From contig CAZQKT010000002.1 of assembly GCA_964594055.1 (NCBI GenBank), positions 1 through 63,108 of the forward strand: a DNA stretch of 63,108 bases, given 5' to 3'. This DNA comes from an uncultured Spirochaetales bacterium (GTDB lineage Bacteria > Spirochaetota > Spirochaetia > SPDA01 > CAZJBZ01). Of the stretch, positions 60,267-63,108 are shown piece after piece. Numbering within the stretch: position 1 is the first letter of the stretch; each line of letters begins with the position of its first letter. A model generated the notes under the pieces. That model searched no databases. It was not told the origin of the DNA and saw nothing but the letters and a program-made list of their open reading frames with translations. The translations under genes and the position numbers were made by a program.

Positions 60267-60295
60267 TTGACAAATGTTTCGCCACATGGTAGGCT
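60267..60295 (+). promoter_or_regulatory. promoter candidate for the M23-bactofilin operon
   Basis: TTGACA (60267-60272), a 17-nt spacer, then TAGGCT (a weak -10). It lies in the 167-nt divergent spacer shared with tatD. Confidence 0.3.
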
Positions 60296-60330
60296 TTTTA
60301 TGGCTTTGGAAAACGGTTGAGGAGTGAGTA

Positions 60331-61371
60331 GTGTCCGCAGCAAATCAGTATAAAAACGTCGAAAACAGAGTTACCGATTTTCTTGTAAAATATGTAAAGA
60401 TTGCAGGTAATGCAATCGGCAGTTTTTTAAAGAACATTATTATTGTGGGGAAACAACGTTTTACCGTCATGTTTATTCCCCACTCGGAAAAAAAGATCTT
60501 CAATTTCAGGATATCGGTTTTCTCACTCATTTTTCTTTGTATCCTTCTTACCGGCGTTCTCGTTGCATTCTTTTTTGCCAGTACACAATTCAGCGGTCTT
60601 TCCCGACTGCTCTCCACAAAATCGTCATCGTTAGAAACTACACAAGCCAGTTTAGAGATCATTCGGGATGAAATTACAGAATTGAGAAAGGTATCTCGAA
60701 AATTTGAAGATACACTCTACACTACCCTCGACACACTCGGTCTGGAAAACAGTACGGGCGGTTCTGCTGCATCGGCCACCGGTGACCTCTCTTCTTTTAT
60801 CGATATAGAAGAGCAGGAAGAAGGGGTCATGCGGGAACTCAGTGATATTCAAAGCATTAGTACGTTCTTAGATGAATCTGTAAGTTCTTTGGAACGGATC
60901 ACCGAACTCCTCGTCTCCCACGGGGACCTGTTAGTGGAACTCCCTACTCTCTGGCCGGTAAAAGGGGGCCGGGGAAGGGTTACCAACAGATTTGGCCCGG
61001 CAGAACATCCCTTCACAAAAAAGTGGTATCTACATAAGGGAACTGATATTGCATTTCAACGGGGCTATCCTATTCTTGCTACTGCTAACGGTAAGGTGGT
61101 AGAGAATAAATTTGAACCGCTGGGGTTTGGAAATTACATTGTTATTCGTCATAAGTACGGGTTCTTTACTAAATACGCACATTTAGATAGGGTATATGTA
61201 AAAGAAGGGGACATGGTGACCCAGGGCCAAAAAATAGGCACTCTCGGGAGTACCGGCCTTTCAACAGGACCGCATGTTCATTATGAAGTGCGTATAGGCT
61301 CGCAAGTCGTTGATCCGGAGCGTTATCTTAGTATTTCCAGCGGTCTGAAAAGACTTACAAGTAAAGAGTAG
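60331..61371 (+). CDS. membrane-anchored coiled-coil M23 (LytM-type) peptidase
   Basis: GTG start after GAGGAG, 346 aa. TM (ISVFSLIFLCILLTGVLVAFFF), a coiled-coil segment, and M23 motifs HKGTDIA..GNYIVIRH..GPHVHYEV. Confidence 0.88.
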   Translation: MSAANQYKNVENRVTDFLVKYVKIAGNAIGSFLKNIIIVGKQRFTVMFIPHSEKKIFNFRISVFSLIFLCILLTGVLVAFFFASTQFSGLSRLLSTKSSSLETTQASLEIIRDEITELRKVSRKFEDTLYTTLDTLGLENSTGGSAASATGDLSSFIDIEEQEEGVMRELSDIQSISTFLDESVSSLERITELLVSHGDLLVELPTLWPVKGGRGRVTNRFGPAEHPFTKKWYLHKGTDIAFQRGYPILATANGKVVENKFEPLGFGNYIVIRHKYGFFTKYAHLDRVYVKEGDMVTQGQKIGTLGSTGLSTGPHVHYEVRIGSQVVDPERYLSISSGLKRLTSKE

Positions 61372-61378
61372 GACATTA

Positions 61379-61882
61379 ATGAGTGATCATCTAATAGCAG
61401 ACGGTTCCTTTATAAATTCTATCGTAGGTGAAGGTACTCGATTTCGGGGTGAACTCGACCTCAACGGTTTACTCCGCATCGATGGAGATTATTCAGGAAC
61501 GATCCGCACTCCCGGAAAGGTTTTAGTCGGAAAAAACGGACGGGCCGAGTGTACAATAAAAGCCGGAACAGTTGTTATCGGCGGGATGGTAAAGGGAGAT
61601 ATTTTTGCTGCAGAAAAGGTAATTATCCTTTCGACGGGTATGATTATCGGCAATATTACCTGTCCTAGGCTCATCGTGGAGGAAGGCGTACTGCTCGACG
61701 GAAATTGTACAATCTGTGCAGAAGAGCGTACAGAACCATCCGAGCAGAGAGAAGAAGAAACTGTATCTGAAGCAGCCCAATTTGCACAGACCGCCCAATC
61801 GCATATGAGCGGAAATGATAACGGAAATAATCAGGCAGAACATACGGAAAATAGCAAAGAGCTTTCTGCATGGAAAGGATAG
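61379..61882 (+). CDS. bactofilin (polymer-forming cytoskeletal protein, DUF583)
   Basis: 167 aa with a beta-helical repeat core (FRGELDLNGLLRIDGDYSGTIRTPGKVLVGKNGRAECTIKAGTVVIGGMVKGDIFAAEKVIILSTGMIIGNI) and a polar tail. Confidence 0.88.
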   Translation: MSDHLIADGSFINSIVGEGTRFRGELDLNGLLRIDGDYSGTIRTPGKVLVGKNGRAECTIKAGTVVIGGMVKGDIFAAEKVIILSTGMIIGNITCPRLIVEEGVLLDGNCTICAEERTEPSEQREEETVSEAAQFAQTAQSHMSGNDNGNNQAEHTENSKELSAWKG

Positions 61883-62388
61883 ATGGTTTCGGCCAGACAA
61901 ACTTCCGCACTTCCGACAAAGAAAAAAGAAAGCTAAAGAAAAACAAAAGTACGAAAACAGACTTTATCTCACTGCTCTCGACCGCCGAGCAAACTACACC
62001 GGCCGACGAAACGAGTGAAAGCTGGGCTTCCTACGGTGTTGAGCAAGTTGATGAGAGTAGTGATATAGAAGAGTATCTCGACCAAATTCATGAAATCGGG
62101 GAGAAGGTCAAGGAAAATCCCGCTCTCTCGATGATCAAACAGTATAAACAAGCAGTGAGGAATTTTCTGCATGTAGTAATCCAAAGAAGTCTTTTGGTAG
62201 AAAAAACAAAGTTATCCGGATTCAAAGTATTAAAAACAAAGGGGCAGAAAGAGCTTACAATAGTTAAGATAATCGATACAAAATTGGAGAGACTGGCAGC
62301 CGAGGTCCTGCAAAGTCAGAAGGACCAAATCGACCTCATTGCACGGGTGGATGAAATATACGGACTGCTCGTTGATTTGATACGGTAA
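61870..62388 (+). CDS. YaaR-like DUF327-family protein
   Basis: 172 aa. The C-terminal part (YKQAVRNFL..IIDTKLERLAAEVL..VDEIYGLLVDL) matches my memory of DUF327. It overlaps the bactofilin end by 13 nt and precedes a PSP1 gene, as yaaR does in Bacillus. Confidence 0.6.
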   Translation: MERIDGFGQTNFRTSDKEKRKLKKNKSTKTDFISLLSTAEQTTPADETSESWASYGVEQVDESSDIEEYLDQIHEIGEKVKENPALSMIKQYKQAVRNFLHVVIQRSLLVEKTKLSGFKVLKTKGQKELTIVKIIDTKLERLAAEVLQSQKDQIDLIARVDEIYGLLVDLIR

Positions 62389-62404
62389 TAGTGGGGAGTA
62401 CATT

Positions 62405-63108
62405 GTGGCAGAAGCAAGCATAGCGGAGAATGGAGCAGCGGAAAACGGCTTATACCGAGTACGGGTCCTGCACTCGAGCGAGACTGAAATCTGTTCTTGT
62501 CCACCCGAGGTGAAGGTGGCTGATAAAGATATTGTAGTTATTCCAACAAAATACGGTAAAGATCTCGGGTACATACAGGGCAAGGTGGCATCTTGCCGGG
62601 CGAACGGAGATAACGGAGTCAATCCTATTGTACGCAAGGCTACGGATAAGGACCTGCAGATATACGAAGAAAATAAAGAAAGAGAACGAGAAGCGATCCA
62701 GATTTGCCGGGAAAAAATAAAGGCCCATAAGCTGGAAATGAAACTTGTTTCCGCACACTACATCGTTGAAGAATCGAAAGTTCTGTTTTTCTTTACCGCA
62801 GAATCACGGGTCGATTTCCGGGAACTAGTCAAGGATCTTGTTTCAGTATTTAAAATGAGAATAGAACTGCGCCAGATTGGAGTACGGGACGAGTCGAGAG
62901 TATTAGGTGGCCTCGGGGTGTGCGGGAGACCGTTCTGTTGTCATCAAGTAACGGATAATTTGAAACCGGTATCTATAAAAATGGCGAAGGAACAGAATCT
63001 TTCTCTCAACTCGATGAAAATATCCGGACCATGTGGGAGACTGCTCTGCTGCTTAGCCTATGAGTTCGATGTATATAACGAAACCAAGCGCGGGTTGCCG
63101 AATGAAGG
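62405..63108 (+). CDS. ricT: PSP1-domain protein (RicT/YaaT-like), 3' end beyond window
   Basis: GTG 62405 lies 7 nt after GGGAG and the frame stays open to the window end. The translation contains KVLFFFTAESRVDFRELVKDL..ELRQIGVRDESRVLGGLGVCGRPFCC..ISGPCGRLLCCLAYE. It is absent from the ORF track because it has no stop. Confidence 0.85.
   Translation, partial: MAEASIAENGAAENGLYRVRVLHSSETEICSCPPEVKVADKDIVVIPTKYGKDLGYIQGKVASCRANGDNGVNPIVRKATDKDLQIYEENKEREREAIQICREKIKAHKLEMKLVSAHYIVEESKVLFFFTAESRVDFRELVKDLVSVFKMRIELRQIGVRDESRVLGGLGVCGRPFCCHQVTDNLKPVSIKMAKEQNLSLNSMKISGPCGRLLCCLAYEFDVYNETKRGLPNE

Noticed and set aside
60255-60271. GTCAATAATTATTTGAC palindrome overlapping the -35 of the M23-bactofilin promoter, considered as an operator in the divergent spacer
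   Set aside because: It is imperfect (6 of 8 arm positions pair), AT-rich and short. This is easily a chance match in a promoter-rich AT region, and no second copy was found in the window.
1-63108. Screen for CRISPR arrays, IS elements/transposases, integrases, phage genes, toxin-antitoxin pairs or known defence-system signatures
   Set aside because: None was seen. There are no direct-repeat/spacer arrays, no terminal inverted repeats flanking a transposase-like ORF, and no recombinase, nuclease-helicase or small paired ORFs. The only tRNA lies at the window edge with no adjacent integrase.

Overview
This 63.1-kb window is almost entirely coding and carries no mobile elements, CRISPR arrays or rRNA genes. 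All calls were made by eye from the sequence and ORF translations; no database search was run.

**1-27.5 kb.** One uninterrupted plus-strand translation/transcription block: tRNA-Trp (5'-truncated by the window edge), secE, nusG, rplKAJL, rpoBC, rpsL-rpsG, tuf, the S10/spc/alpha ribosomal-protein genes, secY, rpmJ, rpoA and rplQ. Three genes fall below the ORF-track size cut-off or off its end: secE (59 aa), rpmJ (37 aa) and the 3'-truncated PSP1/ricT gene.

fusA is missing between rpsG and tuf. adk, map and infA are missing between secY and rpmJ. As far as I recall this layout is typical of Spirochaetota, but that is an inference and not verified.

**27.6-63.1 kb.** Housekeeping genes mixed with lineage-specific genes:
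- rny-ymdB-tlyA, ptsI, der, grpE-dnaK-dnaJ and rlmB.
- A tight minus-strand block: tatD-dus-M23/LysM peptidase-purF-purM-purN-purD.
- An M23 peptidase-bactofilin pair, followed by DUF327 and PSP1/ricT.

**Most worth a second look.**
- A 574-nt ORF-free spacer with a consensus promoter and a structured leader where fusA normally sits.
- A 1072-aa two-TM protein with a hyper-acidic segment.
- A 1172-aa membrane-anchored coiled-coil protein with an internal duplication and a C-terminal HTH.
- A degenerate kinase-like protein, a HAMP-only membrane protein and a Ca-loop repeat protein clustered after dnaJ.
- The peptidase-bactofilin candidate shape module.

I did not find a clear-cut new multi-gene system such as a defence island.
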